Position numbers and translations under genes: made by a program. 64,000 bases of DNA from contig DASCPX010000183.1 of NCBI GenBank assembly GCA_036012755.1, positions 21,866-85,865 on the forward strand. Direction: 5' to 3'. The DNA is from Myxococcota bacterium. Lineage in GTDB: Bacteria; Myxococcota_A; UBA796; CAJQPC01. Under the pieces are notes generated by a model. It was given only the letters and a program-made list of their open reading frames with translations. It did no database searches and had not been told where the DNA came from. This document shows positions 39,049-50,085 of the stretch, one piece after another. Position 1 is the stretch's first letter; each line of letters opens with the position of its first letter.

Positions 39049-40026
39049 ATGGCTGACCCAAAGAAGGGCTTCGACCCCCTGGCGAGCCTGTTCGACGGGC
39101 CTGATCTCAGGGACTTCTCTGGCGCTGGCTCGCCGCTGCCGGAGGTGGACGAGTCCATCGAGTTCACGGATCCATCGCCGGAGGCCACCGATCCCCTGAT
39201 CTCGATGCCGGTCGACGGCCTGCCGCTGGAGACCCTCAAGGGCTCCGAACCGGGCAGCTCGCCGGCTCCGGCACCCATCCCGCCTCGGGCGCGCGCTGAG
39301 ATGCCCAGCGCCCTGGAGCCCCCCGAGCCCGCCGCGCTGGAGCCCACGCCCATCGCTCCGAGCGCCGAGCCCGACGCTGCGGAGGACGCCCCGACAGAGG
39401 AGGGTCCCACGAGCGAGGACAAGGCAAAGCTGGCGAAGGCGCTGGCCGCCGCCGCGCTCGCAAAGGCCCAGGAGAAGCAGAAGATCGAGGGCCTGGCCAA
39501 GGCCGAGAGCAAGCGTCGCCGCTCTATTCCTCCCCCTCCGGAGATGGCGGAGCCCGAGGCACCGAAGAGCCGTCTGGAGGGCCTGGCGGCGCGCGCACCC
39601 AGGCCAGTCTCTGCGTTGGAGGCAGCTCGGGCCGCCGCCAGCGCCGAGGCCGCAAGGAAGGAGGCTGCCGACGTCGCGCATCTGCTCGAGCTGCCGAACC
39701 GGATCGACAAGATCTTGCGCCGCCAGCTCAAGGGCATCCGCACCCTCGACGTCGTCAACGCGCTGTTGATGGACGACAGGCCCCTGCTGCAGGCCCTCTG
39801 GAAGGGGCATCGAGCCCGCTTTGCTGCGACGGGGAGCCTCTCAGAGGTCGTCGCCACGACCAACGTCATCCGGGCGCTCGGGGCCGTGCCCAAGGGCCAA
39901 CTCGTCGCGGCGATCGTGGAGACCGAGAAGACCGACTACCTCGTCTGGGTGGACCTTGGCAGCGAAGCGACCATCGCGGCCTTCCCCGATGCCCGCGCCT
40001 GGTACGCCCACGCTCGGGACACCTAG
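39049..40026 (+). CDS. Hypothetical protein, Pro/Glu-rich N-terminus and globular C-terminus
   Basis: GGAG RBS and coding-like GC3. Confidence 0.65.
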   Translation: MADPKKGFDPLASLFDGPDLRDFSGAGSPLPEVDESIEFTDPSPEATDPLISMPVDGLPLETLKGSEPGSSPAPAPIPPRARAEMPSALEPPEPAALEPTPIAPSAEPDAAEDAPTEEGPTSEDKAKLAKALAAAALAKAQEKQKIEGLAKAESKRRRSIPPPPEMAEPEAPKSRLEGLAARAPRPVSALEAARAAASAEAARKEAADVAHLLELPNRIDKILRRQLKGIRTLDVVNALLMDDRPLLQALWKGHRARFAATGSLSEVVATTNVIRALGAVPKGQLVAAIVETEKTDYLVWVDLGSEATIAAFPDARAWYAHARDT

Positions 40027-41870
40027 GTCGGTCCCCAGGGCGATCCCCGCCACCTCGACAGGGTCAACAGGGTCCACAGTCTCCGACGGTGGTCCCGGTG
40101 GCCGCGCTCGTGTTCATCCAGGATCCGCCTGACCGTTTGCGGGTCACACAGACCCTCGAGGGACTCGGGCAGGTCGTCCAGCAGGTGCTTGCACGGGCCG
40201 GCCAGCCAGTGGGCCAGGGGGGTGCCGAAGCCCTTCTTGGGGCGCTCCACGACCCAGTCGGGGACGAGCCCGGAGAGCGCCCGGCGAAGGAGGACCTTGG
40301 TCTTCCTCCCTCGGATCTTGTGCCGTACCGGCAGGTTCTGGGCGAGCTCGACGAGGCGGTGGTCCAGGAAGGGGCTGCGGAGCTCGATGGAGTGGAGCAT
40401 CGTCGCCCGGTCCGCCTTCGCGAGGACACCCTCTCCGAGGTAGAGGCGCTGGTCGAGGAACATCGCCGCCTCGGCCACGTCCAGGCCCTGGACCACGCGA
40501 CCCCAGCGGTCCACGGTGTCCCAGGGGTCGACCTGGAGGCCGAGCAGCGGCTCGAGCTCGTCGGGGAGGAAGGCTCCCAGCCAGACCTGGTTGCGTCTGG
40601 CCAGGGCATGGGGCAGGCCGGCCGTGAAGCGACGGGCGAGGTAGCCGGCGCCGAGGTTCTCACGGCTGGCCGGGAGTCGCCCGGCGACTCGCCCGAGGAG
40701 CCCGCTCCCCACGCTGGCGGGAGCTGCGATGCGGTGTGCGAAGTAGGTGGGGTAGCCGCCGAAGTGCTCGTCGGCGCCGTCGCCGCTTATCGCCAGCTTG
40801 TGACCGGCGGCTCGGATGCCTTCGGCGAGCACCCAGGTCGAGGGCAGGGAGCCGTCCGCGAGGGGCTCGCACATGCCGGCGCTCAAGGCGTCCAGGACCT
40901 CTGGCATCCGGCCCGCCCGGAAGCGGACCTCCGTGTGCTCCAGGCAGAGGTGCTCGGCGACCGCGCGGGCCGGTCCGGACTCGTCGAAGCTCTGCTCGTC
41001 GAAGACCAGGGAGAAGGAATGCAGCGGCGCCTTCCGCTCCTTCACCGCCAGCGCCGCGATGGCCGAGCTGTCGATTCCACCGCTCAACAGGATGGCGAGC
41101 GGCAGGTCCGTGTCGCAGCGCTTGCGTACAGCCATGCGCAAGGAGGTGGTGATGGCTTCGACCCAGCGCTCCTCGGCGATGCCCTTTCGCTGGGCCCCGT
41201 GTCCGGGCAGCGGCGGGTCCCACCAGCGCTCGAGCCGCTCGCCCTCGGCCGTGCAGACCAGGACGGTCCCGGCCTCGAGCTTGTGGATGTCCGCGTAGAT
41301 GCTGCGTGGCGCCGGCACGTACTCGAACATCAGGTACTGGGACAGCGCCACCTCGTCGATCCGCCTGGAGACCCCTGGGTGGACGAGGAGTCCCTTGAGC
41401 TCGGAGGCGAAGAGCACCGTGCCGTCCTCCAGCCGCGTCCAGTAGAGGGGCTTCTGGCCGAGCCGGTCCCGCGCCAGCCAGAGGGTGCCGGGCTGCCAGG
41501 CGGCGACCGCGAACATGCCCTCTGTACGGCGCAGCCCACGCTTCAGGCCGACCTCTGCAGTCAGCGCCGCGAGCACCTCTGTGTCGCACTCCGTGTCGAA
41601 GCGGAAGCCCAGCGCCGCGTGCTCGGAGCGCAGGGGGTTGTGGTTGTAGATCTCGCCGTTGAAGGCGACCCACACCCCGCCTCCCGAGAGCGGCTGCCGG
41701 CCGTTTTCGCGGTCGACGATGGCCAGCCGCCGCGCGGCCAGCGCGCCCTCGGCGACCTCGACGATGTGCTCGTCGTCGGGGCCGCGGTGCTCCAGCACCC
41801 GGACCATCTTCGCGACGGGTCCTCGGTCGACGGGCCCCCTGAAGTTGAAGGCCCCGGCGATGCCGCACAT
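40023..41870 (-). CDS. asnB: Asparagine synthase (glutamine-hydrolysing) family amidotransferase
   Basis: MCGIAG, HRGPD, FNGEIYN, LSGGIDSS, SGDGADE, RPKKGF. Confidence 0.92.
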   Translation of the reverse strand: MCGIAGAFNFRGPVDRGPVAKMVRVLEHRGPDDEHIVEVAEGALAARRLAIVDRENGRQPLSGGGVWVAFNGEIYNHNPLRSEHAALGFRFDTECDTEVLAALTAEVGLKRGLRRTEGMFAVAAWQPGTLWLARDRLGQKPLYWTRLEDGTVLFASELKGLLVHPGVSRRIDEVALSQYLMFEYVPAPRSIYADIHKLEAGTVLVCTAEGERLERWWDPPLPGHGAQRKGIAEERWVEAITTSLRMAVRKRCDTDLPLAILLSGGIDSSAIAALAVKERKAPLHSFSLVFDEQSFDESGPARAVAEHLCLEHTEVRFRAGRMPEVLDALSAGMCEPLADGSLPSTWVLAEGIRAAGHKLAISGDGADEHFGGYPTYFAHRIAAPASVGSGLLGRVAGRLPASRENLGAGYLARRFTAGLPHALARRNQVWLGAFLPDELEPLLGLQVDPWDTVDRWGRVVQGLDVAEAAMFLDQRLYLGEGVLAKADRATMLHSIELRSPFLDHRLVELAQNLPVRHKIRGRKTKVLLRRALSGLVPDWVVERPKKGFGTPLAHWLAGPCKHLLDDLPESLEGLCDPQTVRRILDEHERGHRDHRRRLWTLLTLSRWRGSPWGPT

Positions 41871-41877
41871 CCTGAGC

Positions 41878-42852
41878 TCAGACCTCTCTCAAGGAGGCAC
41901 GAGCGATGACCTCTTCGTCGGTCTCGAGGTTTCGCACGCTGTGGATGCGATACGGCGCCTTGTCGCGGACGTCGTAGTGCATCCGGATGAGGACCTCGGC
42001 GACGATGCCGAGCGTGACCTCGACGACACCGAGCATCGCCATCAAGGCCGCGCCGACGCCCAGGACGGCGACGACGGCAGGGTCCAGCCAGAGCGCAGCG
42101 ACGAAGGCCCCGGCTCCGGTCAGCACGCCCAGCAGCAGGAAGAGGAAGCCCGCCCAGCCGAAGAAGTAGATCGGCGTGACGTAGAAGTCGCGCAGGAACT
42201 TGACGGTGGTGAGGTCCAGCAGGACCTTCGGGATCCTGCCCAGACCGTACTTCGAGACGCCGCGTGTTCGCGCGTGGTGGCGGACGGGCATCTCGGCGAG
42301 CTTCGCGCCCGCCCAGGTGACGTAGATCGGGATGAAGCGGTGCATCTCGCCGTAGAGCGGGATGTGGCGGATGTACTCGGCCTTGTAGATCCGCAGGGTG
42401 CAGCCGTAGTCGTGGAGGTGCACGTTGGACAGGGTGGAGATCAGCTTGTTCGCGATCCGACTGGGGAAGGTCCGCGTGAGCGTCGAGTCCTGGCGGTCCT
42501 TGCGCCACCCGCACACGACGTCGTAGCCCTCCTCGAGGCGAGCCAGCATCGCCGGGATGTCCGCCGGGTCGTTCTGGAGATCTGCGTCCATCGTGACGAT
42601 CAGCGGCATGGTGGCGTGCCGGATGCCGGCGGTGAGCGCCGCGGTCTGTCCGTAGTTGCGCACGAACCGGATCACGCGCACGCGGTCGTCTGCGGCGGCC
42701 AGCTGGAGGAGCTCCTCGTGGCTGCCGTCTTCTGACCCGTCGTCGATGTAGAGCACCTCGAAGTCGATGTTCTCCAGCGCCGCCACGATGGCCTCGTGTA
42801 GAGGCTGGAGGTTGCCCTCCTCCTCGTAGACCGGGACGACTACGGAGATCAT
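41878..42852 (-). CDS. GT2 polyprenol-phosphate glycosyltransferase (ArnC-like)
   Basis: RNYGQTAA, MDADLQNDP, GEMHRFIP, two C-terminal TMs. Confidence 0.9.
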   Translation of the reverse strand: MISVVVPVYEEEGNLQPLHEAIVAALENIDFEVLYIDDGSEDGSHEELLQLAAADDRVRVIRFVRNYGQTAALTAGIRHATMPLIVTMDADLQNDPADIPAMLARLEEGYDVVCGWRKDRQDSTLTRTFPSRIANKLISTLSNVHLHDYGCTLRIYKAEYIRHIPLYGEMHRFIPIYVTWAGAKLAEMPVRHHARTRGVSKYGLGRIPKVLLDLTTVKFLRDFYVTPIYFFGWAGFLFLLLGVLTGAGAFVAALWLDPAVVAVLGVGAALMAMLGVVEVTLGIVAEVLIRMHYDVRDKAPYRIHSVRNLETDEEVIARASLREV

Positions 42853-43529
42853 TCGCTGGGAGGGGCCTCCTCATCTGGTTCGGCCGCTGGTGCCTCCTCG
42901 GGTGGCCCGCCGCCTTCGTCTTCGGGCCGGACCTCGCCCGGGGCTGCTTCGTCGGGCTCCGGTTGGGGATCGTCCACAGGTTGGTCGGCGCCATCTGGCT
43001 GTGGGGGCTGATCCGTTGGCGGTGGGCCCGGGCGCAGGTTGCCGAGATCCGGATCCTCGCTCAGCACGAGCTCGAGCTCGCCGATGTCGACCTCGCCGAT
43101 CTCGACGGACAGCTTGCCCGCAGGGTCGTCCTCAGACGGGCCATCGCCCTGCTGGTCGACGAAGCCGAGGATGTGGAGGTCTCCGAAGTTCTTCGGCACC
43201 TCGAAGCTGAAAGGCCCCAGCTCAGGCACCGACTCGGCCGAGACCAGCTCCGGAGCGGAGATGCCCTCTTGCGTGAGGAGGTCCATTCGGATCGTGCCTG
43301 TCTTGTCCCCCTCGTAGATCACCGTTCCGGTGAGCATCACGGAGCCATCGGTCAGGTCGAAGCCTCCCGGTGTCTCGGTCCGCTGCTCGTCGGGAGCGCC
43401 CGGTATGGCGCCTCCAGGGGGGACTTCGCCCCCAGGGAGGGTCTCCTGGGCCTGGGGGCAAGCGGTCAGTAGCATCAGCGAGCAAACGACAAGCGCTGGT
43501 TTCAACGGTGACTCTCCGTCCTTGGACAC
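42849..43529 (-). CDS. Hypothetical lipoprotein
   Basis: Lipobox LTA-C and Pro/acidic tail. ATGA overlap downstream. Confidence 0.6.
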   Translation of the reverse strand: MSKDGESPLKPALVVCSLMLLTACPQAQETLPGGEVPPGGAIPGAPDEQRTETPGGFDLTDGSVMLTGTVIYEGDKTGTIRMDLLTQEGISAPELVSAESVPELGPFSFEVPKNFGDLHILGFVDQQGDGPSEDDPAGKLSVEIGEVDIGELELVLSEDPDLGNLRPGPPPTDQPPQPDGADQPVDDPQPEPDEAAPGEVRPEDEGGGPPEEAPAAEPDEEAPPSE

Positions 43530-43577
43530 CTTCGGCTACCACCGGCGGGCTCACGCTGTCAACGGCGGGACCCCAGC

Positions 43578-43607
43578 TTGACGTCGCTCGCACGCGCGCG
43601 GTACAGA
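43578..43607 (+). promoter_or_regulatory. Possible sigma70 promoter of the BMC operon
   Basis: TTGACG-N18-TACAGA. Confidence 0.3.
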
Positions 43608-43652
43608 CGTCGCGGACAGTCCTGCCTCCCCAGACGCCGAGTTCGCGCTCTC

Positions 43653-44267
43653 ATGTCGGTCACCGTTCGCGGTTACGTCTTCATCGACTCCCTCCAGCCG
43701 CAGCTGGCTGCTTTCACCGGCACGACCTGCCGGGGCTTCCTCCCCCTCGCCGGACAGGCGTCGCTGTGGGTGGAGACGGCTCCGGGGATGATCATCAACC
43801 GGGTGACGGACGTCGCGCTCAAGGCGACGCGCGCGGTGCCCGCGGTGCAGGTGGTGGAGCGGGCCTTCGGCCTGCTCGAGATCCACCACGACGACAAGGG
43901 CGAGGTGCTCTCAGCGGGTGACGCGATCCTCGAGTACCTCGGCGCCGACAGGGCCGCCGTGAGCAAGCCGAAGGTGGTCAGCAACCAGATCATCCGCGCG
44001 GTAGAGGCCTACCAGGCCCAGCTCATCAACCGGAACCGCCAGGGCATGTTGCTCATTCCGGGACAGTCGCTCTTCATCCTCGAGACCGAACCAGCTGTGT
44101 GGGCGGTCATCGCGGCGAACGAGGCCGAGAAGGCCGCGAACGTCAACCTCGTGAACCTCCGGCCCTTTGGCGCCTTCGGGCGCTTGTGGATGGCTGGGAC
44201 CGAGTCCGAGATCGACTCGGCCGCCCAGGCCGCCCAGGCCGTGATCGAGTCTCTCTCTACCTCCTGA
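43653..44267 (+). CDS. BMC-T shell protein (double-stacking, CsoS1D/CcmP-like)
   Basis: [34 protein letters not shown]. Confidence 0.9.
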   Translation: MSVTVRGYVFIDSLQPQLAAFTGTTCRGFLPLAGQASLWVETAPGMIINRVTDVALKATRAVPAVQVVERAFGLLEIHHDDKGEVLSAGDAILEYLGADRAAVSKPKVVSNQIIRAVEAYQAQLINRNRQGMLLIPGQSLFILETEPAVWAVIAANEAEKAANVNLVNLRPFGAFGRLWMAGTESEIDSAAQAAQAVIESLSTS

Positions 44268-44284
44268 ACAAACCGGAGATCCAG

Positions 44285-44575
<291 letters not shown>

Positions 44576-44578
44576 TAG

Positions 44579-44892
44579 ATGAAGCTCGGCCGCATCGTCG
44601 GGACCGTGGTCTCGACGCGAAAGGACCCCAAGATCGAGGGCTTGCGCCTGTACCTCGTGCAGGACCTGTCCCTCGCTCTGGAAGGCAGGGAGTCCTTTGT
44701 CGTCGCGGCCGACGCGATGGGCGCGGGAGTCGGCGAGGTCGTCCTCTACGCCTCGGGCTCCTCCGCTCGCCAGACGGACATCACGGACAACCGGCCAGTC
44801 GACGCCGTCGTCATGGCGATCGTCGACTCGATCCATCGCTACGGCGAGCTGGTGTTCAACAAGGTGCCGCCGTTTCCGAAGGCTGACGGCTG

Positions 44893-44893
<1 letters not shown>
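44579..44893 (+). CDS. BMC-P pentamer (EutN/CcmL family)
   Basis: [32 protein letters not shown]. Confidence 0.94.
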
Positions 44894-46296
<1,403 letters not shown>

Positions 46297-46301
46297 GCGA
46301 C

Positions 46302-46880
46302 ATGAGCGGAACCGGGGATGCGCTCGCACTCGTCGAGCTCGACTCGATCGCGCGTGGCTACCGCGTCCTGGACGCCATGGTGAAGCGCTCGCCGGTCGAG
46401 ATCCTCGAGGCCAACCTCGTCGAGCCGGGCAAGTACCTGATCCTCTTCGCTGGCGGTGTCGCCGAGGTCGAGGAGAGCTACTCGGCGGCCCTCGAGGCCG
46501 GGGCCGGACACCACCTCGACGCGATGCTCCTTCCGATGGTCCACGGCGCCATCGTGCCGGGACTGCGCGGCTACCACAACTGCGAGGAGCCAGACACCAT
46601 CGGGGTGATCGAAGCGACCTCCGTGGCGGCGATGCTCGAGTCCTGCGACCGCTCGCTCAAGGACGCCGAGGTCGTGCTCGCCGGCCTGCGCCTCACCCCG
46701 GCGCTCGGCGGAAAGGCCTTCTTCGTCGTGCACGGCGAGCAGGCCGATGTCGAAGCGGCTGCGGAGATCGCAGGGGCTGTGCTGCTCGAGCGCAAGGTCC
46801 AGATCGAGGTCATCGCGCGGCCGCACGAGGACTTCCTGGCCTACCTGCTTCGCCCCGCGCCCTTTAGAGTGGAGACCTGA
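46302..46880 (+). CDS. BMC-T shell protein (single-layer, PduT-like)
   Basis: Tandem BMC domains: ALALVELDSIARG..PGKY and GGKAFF..IARPH. Confidence 0.9.
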   Translation: MSGTGDALALVELDSIARGYRVLDAMVKRSPVEILEANLVEPGKYLILFAGGVAEVEESYSAALEAGAGHHLDAMLLPMVHGAIVPGLRGYHNCEEPDTIGVIEATSVAAMLESCDRSLKDAEVVLAGLRLTPALGGKAFFVVHGEQADVEAAAEIAGAVLLERKVQIEVIARPHEDFLAYLLRPAPFRVET

Positions 46881-47149
46881 TGGAGCTCGCGCGCGTCATC
46901 GGCACGGTCGTTGCCACCCAAAAGCACGAGGCCCTCGAGGGGGTCAAGCTGCTCGTCATCCAGCCCCATGACCACAACGGAGACGCCCAGGGCGACCCCA
47001 TCGTCGCCGCGGATCCGCTCCAGGCGGGGGTCGGAGACACGGTCCAGTGGATCTGCGGGCGAGAGGCCGCCCTCGCGCTGCCCCAGACCTTCACCCCGGT
47101 CGACGCCTCGATCGTGGCCATCGTCGATCACGTCTGGGGTCGCGAGTGA
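46880..47149 (+). CDS. BMC-P pentamer
   Basis: ARVIGTVVATQK, AGVGD, GREA, VDASIVAIVD. Confidence 0.92.
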   Translation: MELARVIGTVVATQKHEALEGVKLLVIQPHDHNGDAQGDPIVAADPLQAGVGDTVQWICGREAALALPQTFTPVDASIVAIVDHVWGRE

Positions 47150-47418
47150 TCCTCTGCCGGGTCATCGGCAACGCCGTCGCCACCGTGAAGCTGCCGGTCT
47201 ACGTGGGCCACACGGTGCTGGTCTGCCGCCCGGTGAAGTGGGACGGTGAGACCCCCAACGGCCACGTCTTCCTGGCCAGCGACTCGGTCCAGGCGGGCGA
47301 GGGCGACCTGGTGCTCTGCGCCCGAGAGGGCAACACGGCGAGGCAGATCCTGGCCGACGACGACTCGCCTGTCCACGCCGTCGTGGTTGGCATCGTGGAC
47401 GACATCCACACGGAGTAG
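47146..47418 (+). CDS. BMC-P pentamer
   Basis: RVIGNAVATVK, QAGEGD, EGNTAR, VVGIVD. GTGA overlap. Confidence 0.9.
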   Translation: MILCRVIGNAVATVKLPVYVGHTVLVCRPVKWDGETPNGHVFLASDSVQAGEGDLVLCAREGNTARQILADDDSPVHAVVVGIVDDIHTE

Positions 47419-47427
47419 GGTCGGAGG

Positions 47428-47476
47428 ATGCTCCTCCTGCTGGCACCCCAGCGAGGCGGAGTTCTTCGCTCGCTGA
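47428..47476 (+). pseudogene. Possible gene scar (MLLLLA start fused to a 3' end)
   Basis: TAGGGT-N6-ATG CTC CTC CTG CTG GCA, then out-of-frame PSEAEFFAR-TGA. Confidence 0.3.
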
Positions 47477-47480
47477 GCGG

Positions 47481-48161
47481 TCAGCGCCGGCCCATGAAGA
47501 TCCGCAGCACGTACCAGAACAACATCGCCACGCTGGCGAAGAGGGAGAGCGAGGCCGAGACGTAGCGGTCCCGCGGGTAGCGGTGGAGGATGTTGCTCGT
47601 GTCGTAGAGGATGGCGGCGCCGGCGAAGACGACCATGCCCACCGAGAACCAGGTCCCCAGCTGGAAGCCGAAGACCACGCTGCCGACGATGAGCAGGATC
47701 ACCCCCACGCCGATCCAGCGCAGCATCCCTCCCATGAAGGAGAAGTCCTTGCGCGTGGAGATCGCGACGCCGGTCAGCCCCGCGAAGCCGATCAGCGTCA
47801 CGAGCGCGGCGCTCTGGATGGCCCCCGGGGCGTAGTGCTCCGCGAGGTAGAGCATCGGGACGAAGATCAGGGCCTCGGCCGTCACGAAGGTGGCCAGGGC
47901 GAGGTACTGCAGGGGGAGCGGCCTCACCCGGGCCGCCGCGGCGCTGGCGATCCAGCCGACGACCATGAAGGCGCCAAGGACCAGCAGCCAGCTGACGCTG
48001 AGCATCGCGGTGGCGATGGGCTCTGCGAGGCCTGTCCAGAACAGGGCGACCTCGATGAGCGTGAAGGCGATGATGGCGCCGAAGAGGTGGACGTAGGTCT
48101 TGGCGATGAAGGCCGCTCGTGCTTTGACGGAGGCCTGCGCGACAGGGGTGAGAGTAGTCAT
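47481..48161 (-). CDS. Bax inhibitor-1/YccA family membrane protein
   Basis: FIAKTY, TRKDFSF, ILYDTSNI, about 7 TMs. Confidence 0.9.
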   Translation of the reverse strand: MTTLTPVAQASVKARAAFIAKTYVHLFGAIIAFTLIEVALFWTGLAEPIATAMLSVSWLLVLGAFMVVGWIASAAAARVRPLPLQYLALATFVTAEALIFVPMLYLAEHYAPGAIQSAALVTLIGFAGLTGVAISTRKDFSFMGGMLRWIGVGVILLIVGSVVFGFQLGTWFSVGMVVFAGAAILYDTSNILHRYPRDRYVSASLSLFASVAMLFWYVLRIFMGRR

Positions 48162-48174
48162 GACCGAGAGCTAA

Positions 48175-50085
48175 TCACGGGAGGCGGTCTCGTCGGTCGG
48201 GATTGCAGACTTCGAAGGCCCTCAGCGTCTCCATGTGGGCCATGCCCGACAGCGCGCTGTCCGCCAGGACCACCGCCCGGAGCGAGTTGTTCTTCATGGA
48301 CCTGGCGTCCTCTGCGGCCACGACCGCCGCAGCCGCCGCGATCGCCTCGTCGGAGGTCAGCTCTACGAGCGCGGTCTGCCAGGCCCGCCGGGCGCGGGCG
48401 ATGCGTCCCTCGCAGTCGAGGTCCTCTGCCTGGACGGGGGCCACGATGTCCTCGACGGCGACCTTCGGTCGAGGCCAGATCCGGGCGGGCGGGTTGTCCG
48501 GGTCGAGGCGGCTCGGGCAGCCGGTCTGGGCCGCGGCTCCGCGGGTGCCTTGGAGCCGCTCGTGCCACCGGTCGAGGTCCTCGTCGGAGGCCCCCGCCAC
48601 ACGAGCCTCCTCGATGAGGACGGAGTGGAAGGTGCTCATGTGGGGGACGCGCGACCAGGCCAGATCGACTCGGCTGGCGAGATCCGTGGGGGGCTCGACG
48701 TCACCCTTCGTGAACACCCACCAGGTCTCGCAGCCGTCGTATGGCTCCCATCCGGCTACGCGCAGCGCGGGCTTGGCCCGCCCGAAGTGGCCGCCGGTGA
48801 TGTCGACGAAGAGCACGTCGGTGCGCTCGGAGAGCCAGGCGACCCGGTCGCTGGGGTCGTACATGCCGACCAGGCCAGGCTCCGTGAGGCCGAGGGGATC
48901 GACGATGTGGTTGTCGACCACGTAGCCGAAGAGCCCCAGCTCGGAGAACGACAGGCGAGCGTCTTTTGGGGTGTTGGCGACCGCCCAGGCGGCTGGCCAG
49001 GCTCCGAAGGAGTTGTCGTCCCAGCCCCAGTGGATGTGACCCGCGAGCACGCCGGTCTTCTGAGTACGCCGGGTCGATGGCATGGGAATGGCCTCGTGGA
49101 TGGCGAGGTCGCGCACCCGGTCGGTGGGCGCCAGGGCCACGCCCAGCCCGAGGGACAGCGCCAGCACCGGCCAGCGCAGCCGCCCTCGAGCGCAGAGGGC
49201 CAGGCAGATGGCCATTGCCGGCAGCGCCGGCATCAAGAGGCGGAAGTTGTCGAAGATGTCGCCTCCGACGGCCACGCTCATCGCCAGGTAGGCCAGGGCC
49301 ACCAGCGCCGGCAGGCTGCGAATCCGCCACAGCACGGCGGCTACGAGGACCACCCCGAGGCCCATCTCCCAGCCGAAGTTCAAGAGGTACATGACCCCCT
49401 TGATCCAGCCGTCGGCCTGCACCTTGACGTGGAAGGTGTTGGGCAGCACCGAGCCGAACAGGACGAGCTTGGTGACCACGAGCACGAGCCCGCTGGCGAG
49501 CACGATGGCGCCGCCTCGCAGCAGCGTCCGCCGAGGTCCGCGGGTCGCCAGGTGCCAGGCCACGACGATCAGCGGCACCATCACCGCGTCCGGGCGGATC
49601 CACGGCGCCATGGCCATGGCCATGGAGGCCAGCGGTAGGCCGCCTTCGCGCTCCTTGGGGTAGAAGACCCAGGAGGCGGTGACCAACAGCGCCACCACCG
49701 GGGTCTCCATGCCCTGCACCGCCCAGAAGGGGAAGAAGGGCACCACCGCCAGGATGCAGGCGGCGACGAGCATCTCGAGGGGAGTCTTCAGCGCCTGGAG
49801 CGCCAGCCCGACCGCCGCCAGCGCACAGATCAGCCCGATGACCCGCGCCGCCCTCAGCCCGTCTCCGTTGGTGAAGGGTGCAAGGACGAGCGCCCAGCCC
49901 AGGTTCGTGATGCCCTCGACGTGCTCGCCCGGGTTGAAGACGAGGCCTTCGCCAGCCCAGAGGTTCCGGGCATAGCGAAGGGTGATGAAGGTGTCGTCGA
50001 CCCAGTGGGCCGTGTAGTGCAGCGCGTGCAGCAGGCAGGCACCGACCGCCGCGATCGGAACCAGGGCGCGCCGGGTCCAGCTCAG
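48175..50085 (-). CDS. Multi-TM GT-C-like (AftB-like) glycosyltransferase
   Basis: VDDTFITLRYARN..GLVFNPGEHVEG, GMET, RPD, LPNTF. Start uncertain (CTG 50085). Confidence 0.7.
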   Translation of the reverse strand: MSWTRRALVPIAAVGACLLHALHYTAHWVDDTFITLRYARNLWAGEGLVFNPGEHVEGITNLGWALVLAPFTNGDGLRAARVIGLICALAAVGLALQALKTPLEMLVAACILAVVPFFPFWAVQGMETPVVALLVTASWVFYPKEREGGLPLASMAMAMAPWIRPDAVMVPLIVVAWHLATRGPRRTLLRGGAIVLASGLVLVVTKLVLFGSVLPNTFHVKVQADGWIKGVMYLLNFGWEMGLGVVLVAAVLWRIRSLPALVALAYLAMSVAVGGDIFDNFRLLMPALPAMAICLALCARGRLRWPVLALSLGLGVALAPTDRVRDLAIHEAIPMPSTRRTQKTGVLAGHIHWGWDDNSFGAWPAAWAVANTPKDARLSFSELGLFGYVVDNHIVDPLGLTEPGLVGMYDPSDRVAWLSERTDVLFVDITGGHFGRAKPALRVAGWEPYDGCETWWVFTKGDVEPPTDLASRVDLAWSRVPHMSTFHSVLIEEARVAGASDEDLDRWHERLQGTRGAAAQTGCPSRLDPDNPPARIWPRPKVAVEDIVAPVQAEDLDCEGRIARARRAWQTALVELTSDEAIAAAAAVVAAEDARSMKNNSLRAVVLADSALSGMAHMETLRAFEVCNPDRRDRLP

